From: Pyrococcus horikoshii OT3
GTDB taxonomy: Archaea > Methanobacteriota_B > Thermococci > Thermococcales > Thermococcaceae
Reading direction: 5' to 3'
Length of the DNA: 24,000 nt
Assembly (NCBI RefSeq): GCF_000011105.1
Contig: NC_000961.1
Coordinates: forward strand, 582,662 to 606,661
Numbering within the stretch: position 1 is the stretch's first letter; every line of letters begins with the position of its first letter. Under the pieces are notes generated by a model. That model was given only the letters and a program-made list of their open reading frames with translations, had not been told where the DNA came from and searched no databases. The position numbers and the translations under genes were made by a program. Below are positions 9,567 to 18,178 of the stretch, piece by piece.

Positions 9567-10203
9567 AAAGAACTTTAATTCTAACTTTATCTCCATCTTG
9601 AAGATTCAAAGTTTTTCTTAAGTTAACTGGAGCTATTACCTCGGCGATTTTTGGAGGATGAACGGTTCTTGATGGTATAACTATAGCCCCCTCTATTCCA
9701 TCTATTTTAATTCTATAGGCTCTTACATCTCCAAAAGTCCTCCCGTTCTTTTTAAATCCCGGAATTATGATTGGTCTAGACGTGCATAAAGCATCAAAGA
9801 TTGTTTTTGGGAAAATGACCTTAACATTTAATGTTCCAGGATAGGGATCAAATCCTAAATATTCCCTGATAAAAGGAGCATACTGTCTAACGTAATACGC
9901 CCCTTCCCCAATCCCTGAGATAACTTCGCCCACTATGACTCCAGAATATAGGGCTATTGATATATCCTCGTAAAGCTTCTCTAAGAGCCTTATCCCCTTT
10001 TCCGTAATCATGACTGAAGTCCCCCTTCTTGATTCCTCTTTTTCTATGTATCCCAACTCCTCAAGCTCTTCAAGCCATCTGAGAGTTGTTTGGGGTGAAA
10101 CATCTAACTCTTTACTAATTTCCCTGAGAGTTATTGTTATCTTTCCCCCTATTGCCCCTCTTTTTCCTAGATCTATTAGGAGAAGGAGTGTTTTTAACTT
10201 CAT
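9565..10203 (-). CDS. ribK: CTP-dependent riboflavin kinase (archaeal) with N-terminal winged-helix domain
   Basis: [35 protein letters not shown], then [18 protein letters not shown]...YPGTLNVKV...[16 protein letters not shown], matching archaeal RibK. Confidence 0.92.
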
Positions 10204-10750
10204 AAATCCTCCCCTTTGATAGTTTATCGGCCAATTTTAATGGTTTTGGATACCCACTTTCGTCGAGTATCGCTCTTATTATTTTGGTGGCATCTTCAAG
10301 CGTTATAAGATTTCCAACACTTACATAGACTTTTCCAACTTTCTTATAGGTATCCTTTGGTGTGTTTTTTAGTAATCTCTTTGCCACTCCTATAGTAGGT
10401 TTCCTAAGAACAACTCCAATATGTGAGGCTAATCCATACCCTCTTGGATGGGCTTTTCCGTGCCCCTCAACTATAAGAACATCGAATGTCTCTCCTTTTG
10501 TTGCTATAAGTATAGGTTTGGTCTCCCTTAGAAAGAAGAAGGTGGGGATATATGGAAAAGATACCGTTGTTTCAATAACTTTAGTTTTCAGGACTTCTCC
10601 CTCTGGAAACGTCGTTATAACTAATGCTGCTCTTGCCTTTTCTTCCTTGTATGAAACGTCCACTGCTGCAACTTTTCTAACCTCATTTATCTTCCTTTCG
10701 ACTATACTTTTACTCAGTTTTTTCTGAATATTTGCTATCCTCTCTAACAT
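10115..10750 (-). CDS. nfi: Endonuclease V (deoxyinosine-specific)
   Basis: [50 protein letters not shown] are EndoV signature motifs. The C-terminus overlaps ribK by 89 nt. Confidence 0.92.
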
Positions 10751-11360
10751 TTAGGAACCCCTCTATCTTCTCCTCAACACTTCTGTTTATCTTTGCCCTT
10801 GTTAAATCTTCTAATGTTTTTTCAAGGATATATCTAGCTTGATCTTGTTTTTGTCTTATATTAACTAGTCCTTTTGGATATTCAAGTGTCATTAGCTCTT
10901 CATACACATTTTCCATAAATTTGTATATATCTTCAGCAACATCTAGCTTTCCTTGCATGAGGTTTATTAAAAAATGCCTTCTTAACTCTCCGATGAAATC
11001 TCCGATTCCCAATATGTAGTCCTGGGGTGGAACTCCAAGTTCTTCAAAGCTTGGGAAATCCTTGTTGGTCAAATACCTGTAAAGGAGTGTTGCTTCGACG
11101 AATTCCTGGTTAGCAGTTTGAACGTATCCTGAATAATAAAGGTCTTCATGCTCTTTGAGCTTTTTCTTAAGTTCCTCTATTAGTAATGAAGCTTTTTCAA
11201 GTCTTTCCCTAGCTAGCTCCATATCTTCCCTATGCATAGCCTTTATAGCATCGCCACTAAGTCTGACTATTTCTCTCGTGATTTGAAGAGCTTCTTCCCT
11301 AATAGCGTCTTTTTCATCGAGTACCTCCTTAATTCTTGCTATAACCTCATTTATCTTCAT
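10710..11360 (-). CDS. Translin/TRAX family protein
   Basis: Helical protein with [37 protein letters not shown]...[18 protein letters not shown]...[36 protein letters not shown]; translin-like pattern with conserved 'Y...QE..EA' and 'GDLxGELRR'-type motifs. Confidence 0.8.
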   Translation of the reverse strand: MKINEVIARIKEVLDEKDAIREEALQITREIVRLSGDAIKAMHREDMELARERLEKASLLIEELKKKLKEHEDLYYSGYVQTANQEFVEATLLYRYLTNKDFPSFEELGVPPQDYILGIGDFIGELRRHFLINLMQGKLDVAEDIYKFMENVYEELMTLEYPKGLVNIRQKQDQARYILEKTLEDLTRAKINRSVEEKIEGFLNVREDSKYSEKTE

Positions 11361-11442
11361 CTCCTTCCCCCTCCCTATTTTTAGGTAAAGTTTTTATTTT
11401 AAATTAGGTTACCTTAACTTTGGCTAAACGGGGGGTGAGAAA

Positions 11443-11775
11443 ATGGTAAAGTTCTGCCCTAGGTGCGGGAGTATAATGATTCCGGATAAGAAGAGAGGAG
11501 TTTTCGTGTGTAGGAAGTGTGGTTACGAGGAACCCATTAATCCTGAGGATGCTAAAGCCTATAGAAGAACTGAGGAGATTAAGCATAAGCCCGATGAGGG
11601 AGTTATAGTGATAGAACAAGACTTTTCAACGTTACCAACTGCAAAAGTTACCTGTCCGAAATGCGGCTATCATGAAGCCTGGTATTGGGAGGTTCAGACT
11701 AGGGCCGGGGATGAACCCTCAACGATATTCTATAAGTGCAAAAGGTGTGGCTACGTATGGAGGAGCTACGAGTAA
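11443..11775 (+). CDS. tfs: Archaeal transcription factor S (TFIIS-like)
   Basis: Two zinc ribbons: CPRCGSIMIP...VCRKCGYEE and CPKCGYHEAWYWEVQTRAGDEPSTIFYKCKRCGYVWRSYE (RAGDEP; the catalytic DE loop is conserved). Confidence 0.96.
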   Translation: MVKFCPRCGSIMIPDKKRGVFVCRKCGYEEPINPEDAKAYRRTEEIKHKPDEGVIVIEQDFSTLPTAKVTCPKCGYHEAWYWEVQTRAGDEPSTIFYKCKRCGYVWRSYE

Positions 11776-11948
11776 AAGTTCTTATTAAGTTAGCGGAGAA
11801 AGCTTTAAAGGAACTTGATGAAGCCTATAGAAGGATTCCTGAGGTTAACAATGGAAAAACTTATTTACTAAGAGGGAAAGAGAGAGTTAGGCTTATGCTT
11901 AATATCCTAAAGGAGGTGCAAAAAGATGCCATTCGAAATAGTCTTTGA
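11757..11948 (+). CDS. Small conserved-looking protein (~64 aa, using the internal ATG at 11757; the longest ORF starts at 11736)
   Basis: MEELRVKVLIKLAEKALKELDEAYRRIPEVNNGKTYLLRGKERVRLMLNILKEVQKDAIRNSL: amphipathic helical, fills the gap between tfs and pcn, overlaps both. Confidence 0.65.
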   Translation: MEELRVKVLIKLAEKALKELDEAYRRIPEVNNGKTYLLRGKERVRLMLNILKEVQKDAIRNSL

Positions 11949-12675
11949 GGGTGCAAAGGAATTTGCCCAGCTCATAGAGACGGCCAGCAGGCTTATAGAT
12001 GAAGCGGCCTTTAAGGTAACAGAAGAAGGAATATCAATGAGGGCTATGGATCCGAGTAGAGTAGTTTTAATTGACCTTAACTTACCTTCGAGCATATTCA
12101 GTAAGTATGAGGTGGATGGGGAAGAGACGATAGGTGTCAATATGGATCACCTAAAGAAAGTTCTTAAGAGAGGTAAGGCCAAGGATACGCTTATCTTGAG
12201 AAAAGGAGAAGAGAACTTCCTAGAAATAAGCCTCCAAGGGACTGCTACTAGAACCTTTAGATTACCCCTAATCGACGTTGAAGAGATCGAAGTGGAATTA
12301 CCTGATCTCCCGTATACAGCAAAGGTTGTCGTTCTGGGCGAAGTGCTTAAGGAAGCAGTTAAAGATGCTTCCTTAGTAAGCGATAGCATAAAGTTCATGG
12401 CTAAGGAAAATGAGTTTATCATGAGAGCGGAAGGAGAAACCCAGGAAGTTGAAGTTAAGTTAACCCTGGAGGATGAGGGGTTACTTGATATAGAAGTTCA
12501 AGAGGAGACAAAGAGCGCTTATGGGGTTAGTTATCTAGCGGATATGGTAAAGGGAATAGGAAAGGCCGATGAAGTGACAATGAGATTCGGGAATGAAATG
12601 CCGATGCAGATGGAGTACTATATTAGGGATGAAGGTAGGTTAACGTTCCTGCTAGCCCCAAGGGTTGAGGAGTGA
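11926..12675 (+). CDS. pcn: DNA polymerase sliding clamp (PCNA)
   Basis: MPFEIVFEGAKEFAQLIETASRLIDEAAFKVTEEGISMRAMDPSRVVLIDLNLPSSIF...MPMQMEYYIRDEGRLTFLLAPRVEE. Confidence 0.98.
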   Translation: MPFEIVFEGAKEFAQLIETASRLIDEAAFKVTEEGISMRAMDPSRVVLIDLNLPSSIFSKYEVDGEETIGVNMDHLKKVLKRGKAKDTLILRKGEENFLEISLQGTATRTFRLPLIDVEEIEVELPDLPYTAKVVVLGEVLKEAVKDASLVSDSIKFMAKENEFIMRAEGETQEVEVKLTLEDEGLLDIEVQEETKSAYGVSYLADMVKGIGKADEVTMRFGNEMPMQMEYYIRDEGRLTFLLAPRVEE

Positions 12676-12706
12676 TACTTCTTCATAATTTTTTATGGGG
12701 ATTCAA

Positions 12707-13264
12707 ATGGATATTGAGGTTCTGAGACGTCTTCTCGAGAGGGAATTATCTTCTGAGGAGCTAACTGAGATAGATGAGGAATTTTACAGAGATTTGGCTA
12801 GCTTTAGGAAGGCCTTGGAACTAAATGCTGAGAGGTATGAAGAAAGGGGAGAGGATATAGAAAAAAGATTATATCTAGCCCAACTTTCGCTTGTTCAAAG
12901 CATAGCTCGAGAGATCTTAAAGATCAGACTGCATAAGATTGTAGATATGGCCTTTGAGGGCGTGCCGAAGAATTTGGTTGGCGACGAGAAAAAGATATTT
13001 GCCGTACTATCGGCCTTTATTAATGGAGAACCTATTTCAATTGAGACAACAGAGGTAGAGGTAAAGGAAGAAAAAGTAGAATCAAAGACACCTTCTGGCT
13101 TTTTAGAGTTGTACCTCTTAAAATCAGATATCCCCAGGATCATTGATGAGAACCTTAACGAATATGGCCCCTTTAAGGCCGGGGATCTTGTTACCCTACC
13201 AAGATCTATTGGGAATGTTTTGGTCAAGCGTGAGGTGGCCGAAAAAATAACGATTAGGATTTGA
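12707..13264 (+). CDS. gins51: GINS complex subunit Gins51/Gins15 (ORF extends to the upstream ATG at 12695)
   Basis: MDIEVLRRLLERELSSEELTEIDEEFYRDLASFRKAL..., C-terminal VTLPRSIGNVLVKREVAEKI; located immediately downstream of pcn as in other Thermococcales. Confidence 0.85.
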   Translation: MDIEVLRRLLERELSSEELTEIDEEFYRDLASFRKALELNAERYEERGEDIEKRLYLAQLSLVQSIAREILKIRLHKIVDMAFEGVPKNLVGDEKKIFAVLSAFINGEPISIETTEVEVKEEKVESKTPSGFLELYLLKSDIPRIIDENLNEYGPFKAGDLVTLPRSIGNVLVKREVAEKITIRI

Positions 13265-14495
13265 AGGCGAGTAGAAAGCTCACTATTAATGGTAGGGTTG
13301 TAGAATAAAGCATTACTGAGAATCCGAAATTATCTGCTATTAACCCTCCAATTAAAGGACCTATCACCCATCCCAGAGTCATCATCGTGTTTAAAAGTCC
13401 CATACCCTGACCTCTTTCCCTGTGTGGTACTCTTCTTGCAACGTAAGTCGATGCAGAACTGGTAATCATGGCCCATTTCACTCCCGATAGCAATGACACT
13501 AGGGCCATAATGATGATAGTGGTAGCCCAAGCATAACCTATGAACGTTAATATATATCCAAGAATTGCCAGCTTGTAAAATACCTTTTCTCCGTATTTAT
13601 CTATTAGCCTTCCAATTAGAAGTGATCCTAGGGCCGCTGCCAGGGAATCTATTCCAAGTAAAAACCCAACAAATTCCTCTCCGAACTTCTCTTGAAAATA
13701 CACTGGAACGGTTGCATAAACTTCTCCTGAGGCAATCATCGCCAGTAAAACTGAGAGATAGAACGCTCCAAGTTCCCCCTTCATTAACATTTTAAATGCT
13801 GAACTCTTCATTTCAACTTTTTCGGACTCTCTACCCTCTCTAATTGGAAGAAAACTACCAATATTCTTCTTTTTCCTTTCTCTCTCCTTTACTTGGGTCA
13901 AGAACAATATTGAGACCAGAGAAACTATGGAGGTTGCCAAAAATGCACTTTTTATTCCCACCTTTTTCACTATATACCCACCCAGGAAATTCCCTACCAT
14001 GAACCCCATATTCTCCACGAAATTAAAGAAGCCAAACATTGAACCTACCCTAGTAGAAAGTTCCGATATCAATGCTGAATGCGCTGGTGCGAAGGAAGCT
14101 CCTAATGCCCCTTGGGTACCTCTTAGGGATAGAAGGAGGATCGGTGTTGATATAAAGATGACTAAAACGTATGTGGTACCCGAGAATAGAACTCCCAAAA
14201 TTATGAATGGCTTTCTCTTTCCAATTTTATCTGAAAGATATCCAAATGGATACTGAAAGATTGCTGAGGTTAAGTTGTAGATAACACTTAATAAACCCAC
14301 TAAAAACATCGTTCCCCCTATAATCTTCATGTACACAGTTAAGTATGGATATCCAATCCCCCAAGCTAAGTTTGCAAAGAACATCCCTATTGCAAAGAAG
14401 GTTATATTCCTCTTAAGGGTGTTTCTTCTGGCTTTTCCAGCCCTTTCTCGGATACCCTGAAGAATTGTGTTCTTTCTCGTTTTCATTAAGGTCAC
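13254..14495 (-). CDS. Major facilitator superfamily transporter; GTG start at 14495 or ATG at 14486
   Basis: 12-TM-like protein with GYLSDKIGKRKPFI, TRGTQGALGASFAPAHSALISEL and GRLIDKYGEKVFYK. Confidence 0.85.
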   Translation of the reverse strand: MTLMKTRKNTILQGIRERAGKARRNTLKRNITFFAIGMFFANLAWGIGYPYLTVYMKIIGGTMFLVGLLSVIYNLTSAIFQYPFGYLSDKIGKRKPFIILGVLFSGTTYVLVIFISTPILLLSLRGTQGALGASFAPAHSALISELSTRVGSMFGFFNFVENMGFMVGNFLGGYIVKKVGIKSAFLATSIVSLVSILFLTQVKERERKKKNIGSFLPIREGRESEKVEMKSSAFKMLMKGELGAFYLSVLLAMIASGEVYATVPVYFQEKFGEEFVGFLLGIDSLAAALGSLLIGRLIDKYGEKVFYKLAILGYILTFIGYAWATTIIIMALVSLLSGVKWAMITSSASTYVARRVPHRERGQGMGLLNTMMTLGWVIGPLIGGLIADNFGFSVMLYSTTLPLIVSFLLAFKS

Positions 14496-14498
14496 CCT

Positions 14499-14510
14499 CT
14501 AAACGTTTAG
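14499..14510. promoter_or_regulatory. 12-bp perfect palindrome CTAAACGTTTAG next to the MFS gene start; candidate operator
   Basis: Seen directly; 3-4 bp upstream of the GTG/RBS region of the MFS ORF and about 25 nt downstream of the minus-strand TATA. Confidence 0.45.
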
Positions 14511-14532
14511 CTATTGAACTCAATGGGATAAA

Positions 14533-14541
14533 GTTTATAAG
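14533..14541. promoter_or_regulatory. TATA element GTTTATAAG, ~30 nt upstream of tRNA-Trp (+); its complement CTTATAAAC is positioned for the MFS gene (-)
   Basis: Spacing from each gene start is compatible with archaeal promoters. Confidence 0.5.
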
Positions 14542-14569
14542 TTCATCGAAAGCTAAAAATTAATCGAGT

Positions 14570-14718
14570 GGGGGCGTGGTGTAGCCTGGTCCATCATCGC
14601 GGGCTCCAGAGGCCATGAGGATAGGCGGGTTTGCTGACCTCGGGGCGTGATGAACCTTTGGAGCCCCGAGGGCCGGAGAAACCCGCGGACCGGGGTTCAA
14701 ATCCCCGCGCCCCCACCA
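14570..14718 (+). tRNA. tRNA-Trp (CCA anticodon) with 71-nt intron after position 37 and encoded 3' CCA
   Basis: Acceptor GGGGGCG/CGCCCCC plus A-CCA; T-arm CGGGG-TTCAAAT-CCCCG; anticodon stem GCGGG/CCCGC with CTCCAG^...^A. BHB: AGA bulge, CTCC/GGAG 4-bp helix, AAA bulge, GGCC/GGCC helix. Confidence 0.97.
14610..14680 (+). ncRNA. tRNA-Trp intron acting as a box C/D guide RNA, targeting C34 and C39 of its own precursor
   Basis: Box C ATGAGGA (14615-14621), D' CTGA (14634-14637), C' GTGATGA (14647-14653), D CCGA (14666-14669). Guide TGGAGCC(C) pairs with (G)GGCTCCA, placing D+5 on C34. Guide GGCGGGTTT pairs with AAACCCGC, placing D'+5 on the nucleotide at 14682 (position 39). Confidence 0.9.
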
Positions 14719-14723
14719 AGTTT

Positions 14724-15410
14724 TTACTTTTCTAATGCAACCTTAACGGCAACTTCTGCTATAACATCCATAGGATCTATGAGGGGAACTTTTAGATCAT
14801 CCTGCTTAAGAACTACACTAACTTCGGTACATCCAGCTATTATGCACTCTGCTCCTCTCTCCTCTAGGATTTTTGCAGTCTTAAGTAGTAGCTCTCTTCC
14901 AAGCTTCAAATTCCCGGCTTTAACCCCCTCATATATCCCTCTCATAACATCTTTCTGCTCATCTTCCGTTGGAGTCATGATTTCAACTCCATACTTGGAA
15001 AACTCTTTTTCATAAACTCCACTCACTATAGTTCCAGTAGTAGCTAGCAAGCCAGCTTTTTTGAACCCTAACTCTTTTACTTTTTTTGCAGTTTCTTCTA
15101 TCATGCTAATTATGGGGATCTTGATAGCCTTCCTTATATCCTCAACAAACGCATGCGCGGTGTTACAAGGCATTATTATAAAGTCGGCCCCACACTCTTC
15201 TAGTCTTTTAGCCGTCCAGATAAGTTGTGGTCTTGGATCTTCTCCTTTACCAAGAATATAAGCAGTTCTATCAGGAATTTGAGGATTATTGAATATTATA
15301 ACCTTCGGGTGTTCCTGATCCCTCTTTGCCGGGGTTTTAATGACAATTCTCCTGAAGAGTTCGGCCGTAGCTAACGGACCCATACCACCAAGTATACCTA
15401 TCGTTTTCAT
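14724..15410 (-). CDS. Aspartate racemase
   Basis: [33 protein letters not shown] and [14 protein letters not shown] (both catalytic Cys motifs) of the Asp/Glu racemase family. Confidence 0.95.
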
Positions 15411-15925
15411 GATCTGACCTCCTTAAGTTTGTTCTTTTCGATTTCAATAACTCTTGCGAGCAAGAATAGAAGATCACTAAGCCTATTTAAGTAAACTAAC
15501 GCCTCCTTACCTATACCAAATTCTCTTAATACTGTAGCAACCTTTCTTTCGGCCCTCCTAGCTATGGTTCTGCATACATCAAGCTTAGCACTTTCGAGAG
15601 TTCCTCCTGGGAGTACAAAAGACTTTAAATTGACCATTTCTTCATACCTAGATATAAGCCCTTCGAGCCACTTTATTCTCTCCTCACTGATTCCTTCTAT
15701 CTTTCCCTTACTTCCTATTTCTCCCATTATCTTGTAAATGTCGTTTTGAATTTCCTCTAGGATCCCTTTCATCTCCTCGTCAACGTAGTGCTTGGCTTCC
15801 CCTATAAAACTCGTTAGTTCATCTAAGGTTCCGTTTGCCTCTATGATTGGGGAATCTTTCCAGACTTCCTCTCCTCCAAACAGCCGTGTCGATCCTTTGT
15901 CTCCAACCTTGGTTGTTATTCTCAT
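15407..15925 (-). CDS. ATP:cob(I)alamin adenosyltransferase, PduO type
   Basis: [42 protein letters not shown]... [12 protein letters not shown]...[14 protein letters not shown]. Confidence 0.95.
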
Positions 15926-15944
15926 CCAATCACCATATGATCCT

Positions 15945-16874
15945 CTACCTACCCAAGAAAAGCCTAACTATTAAATCATCCCCTTCAAGCTTTATAGAAA
16001 TCCAGAATGCGGAATATCGTGAGATGTCTGATTTGATTTTTTCATTCTTTAATATTTCGTCCGCTATGAAATTTGAATATTGCTCTACGAATGTATCGTC
16101 GTAAAATAGCTTGAAGTTCTCAAATTTAATCATCCAGACTTTTCTCTCTTTGAGCCCTTGTGGGAGCACAGTTTTAAGGTCTATCCTGGGGAACAAATTA
16201 GTTCTTCTCTGAAATTCCGATAGGAGAAGATTCTCTAACATATCTAAGGAGATGTTACCTGGGTAAAATCCAAAATTGCTCAGATCTAGATATTTACGTC
16301 CTGATACTACAACTCTTCCCTTTTTCATTTCGACCTTGTACATCTCAGCAAATAAAATTATTTTTCCCTCAAGTTTTGAGAATTGGATCAAATATGAATC
16401 CAAGTTCTTTGGTGGAAGCCTTTGATCTAAAATGAAGAGTTTTCCGGAAATGTTAACGGCCACCGCAGCGTGAAGAGTTGGATCCTCCATGAAGTGAAAT
16501 ATCATAAGATATACAGGGCTTATGTTCGATGCCAGAAGAAGTCCGGCCGTTAATACTGCATAATCTGTACAAACTCCCTCTCCAACTTTTATAAACTCTG
16601 AGGGTTTCAGTATGATATCGCTTCCCTTATTGTTATCATAACTAAGGTGGTCTTCTTCCCATTCGAGTATATTCCAGATCTTCCACTCTATCGTACCCCC
16701 AGGAATTTCCTCAGCAACTCCTTTAAGAATTTCAAAATCCTCGGGGATGTAGCATGACATAGCTTGAGTTATATTGGAGGTCCTGGGGCACGTTTCTTTA
16801 ATGCTTTCATTTAGATTTAAGCACCCAATTCCCAACATTATGACTATAAATATAATAACTGAAACTTTCTTCAC
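15945..16874 (-). CDS. Putative lipoprotein with transglutaminase-like (papain-fold) domain
   Basis: Signal peptide plus lipobox-like IMLGIGC. Possible triad: GEGVCTDYAVLTAGLL (Cys), LHAAVAV (His), ILDQRL (Asp). Confidence 0.6.
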   Translation of the reverse strand: MKKVSVIIFIVIMLGIGCLNLNESIKETCPRTSNITQAMSCYIPEDFEILKGVAEEIPGGTIEWKIWNILEWEEDHLSYDNNKGSDIILKPSEFIKVGEGVCTDYAVLTAGLLLASNISPVYLMIFHFMEDPTLHAAVAVNISGKLFILDQRLPPKNLDSYLIQFSKLEGKIILFAEMYKVEMKKGRVVVSGRKYLDLSNFGFYPGNISLDMLENLLLSEFQRRTNLFPRIDLKTVLPQGLKERKVWMIKFENFKLFYDDTFVEQYSNFIADEILKNEKIKSDISRYSAFWISIKLEGDDLIVRLFLGR

Positions 16875-16876
16875 TC

Positions 16877-17476
16877 TTATTCACCCGAAGTCAATGCTGG
16901 TACAATAATTGGGACCAATAGGGAGAGCAGAAATCCGTGTATGAACGCTATAACTCCAGCCTCCTTACCTCCAAACTTCACTATTATAGGTAGTGTTGAG
17001 TCCATAGTTGTTGCGCCTCCTATTGATATTGATGGCTCTTTTCCAAAGATTTTTGCAAGCATTGGGTAGCTCAAAACGGTAAAAACCTCCCTGATAAAGT
17101 TGGTCAAGAAGCCAATTACCCCATATATTGGAGAATATTGAGCTAAAATGGCCCCAGTTAGAGAATACCATCCAACACCTGCACTTATAGCTAAGCTCCA
17201 TTTTAGGGGTATATCAATTACCAAAGATGCTAATGCTCCCCCAATTATTGAACCTATTAACGTTGAAAAAGGTAGTGCTATAGTTTTGTGAGATAGTACC
17301 TTTTTGAAATCTTTAATCTTTGTATTGAGCCCAAGATCGAGACCTATTATGAATATTAAAATGTAAAGGGATACTTCATAAGAGTTCCCAGGGTTAATTC
17401 CAAGCTTACCTAATATGAAACCTATGGAAAGGGATATCAATACTAGAATGGTGAACTTCACTTTATCCCCTCCCAT
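16877..17476 (-). CDS. LysO/YbjE-like (DUF340) exporter, C-terminal portion
   Basis: FIIGLDLG, GWYSLTGAILAQYSP..G.IGFLTNFIREVFTVLSYPMLAKIFG, GGATTMDSTLPIIVKFGGKE and HGFLLSLLVPIIVP are typical of the family. Confidence 0.8.
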   Translation of the reverse strand: MGGDKVKFTILVLISLSIGFILGKLGINPGNSYEVSLYILIFIIGLDLGLNTKIKDFKKVLSHKTIALPFSTLIGSIIGGALASLVIDIPLKWSLAISAGVGWYSLTGAILAQYSPIYGVIGFLTNFIREVFTVLSYPMLAKIFGKEPSISIGGATTMDSTLPIIVKFGGKEAGVIAFIHGFLLSLLVPIIVPALTSGE

Positions 17477-17703
17477 GTAATTTTAGCAAATACTAAGCTA
17501 CCTACAATCGTGAGTGTTGCAAGTAGGATGGAGTATATCGCTACTCTACCAGTGTTTATCTTAACGTTACCAATTTTCATTCCCATTAAGAATACCAGGA
17601 TAATTATCGAAGCAGACATGAGAATTTCAGTATTCAGCCTTATCTTACCTCTGAGAAGGTATCCTACTACTATTCCAAAGGTTAGAGGAATAATAATATT
17701 CAT
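17458..17703 (-). CDS. LysO/YbjE-like (DUF340) exporter, N-terminal portion as a separate ORF
   Basis: 81 aa, 2-3 TM helices (PLTFGIVVGYLLRGK...ILVFLMGMKIG); overlaps the next ORF by 19 nt. Confidence 0.65.
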   Translation of the reverse strand: MNIIIPLTFGIVVGYLLRGKIRLNTEILMSASIIILVFLMGMKIGNVKINTGRVAIYSILLATLTIVGSLVFAKITWEGIK

Positions 17704-18158
17704 GACTTCTCCCTCGTTATCCTTTCTATAACTTCTAGAGCTTTGGGAATTGCTTTTCTTGCTTCTTCGCTTAACTCTAAGTTTGGTTTAATATTTTCTT
17801 CTCTTATTGTAATCCCGATGAAGTGTAGCTCTGCTCTTCTCAATCTCTCATCTAATTCTATGAGCAACCTCAGCCCTTCTATAGCTCCCATAAAATGTGC
17901 ACTTCTTATTTCGGCTTTTAACTTTTGAAATATCTCCTCCCCTTTTAAGTGAACGACTTTTCCTGACTCATCTGAAAGTATCGCATCGACTATTATTACC
18001 CTATCTTCTCCCTTATACCTTCGCTGAAGTAAAAATACATCCGTACCCAGCTCTTCTACCCTATATCCTCTTTCTTTTAGTATTTTACCTACTTTTATCC
18101 CTACACCATCATCTCCCATAACTTCGTTCCCGAGGGTTACAATCAGCACGCTCATCAA
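17700..18158 (-). CDS. Hydrogenase maturation protease (HycI/HybD family)
   Basis: TLGNEVMGDDGVGIKVGKILKERGY, RVIIVDAILSDESGKVV, SAHFMGAIEGLRLL, ELHFIGITIREENI. Confidence 0.85.
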   Translation of the reverse strand: MMSVLIVTLGNEVMGDDGVGIKVGKILKERGYRVEELGTDVFLLQRRYKGEDRVIIVDAILSDESGKVVHLKGEEIFQKLKAEIRSAHFMGAIEGLRLLIELDERLRRAELHFIGITIREENIKPNLELSEEARKAIPKALEVIERITREKS

Positions 18159-18178
18159 AAATTAATAAAAAAGGAAGG

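Noticed and set aside
13254-13264. Convergent 11-bp overlap of gins51 and MFS stop regions
   Set aside because: Normal for compact archaeal genomes; no further structure seen.
16965-17201. 78-aa alternate-frame ORF within the LysO-like C-terminal gene
   Set aside because: Overlaps a well-supported membrane protein; composition looks like frame-shifted translation.
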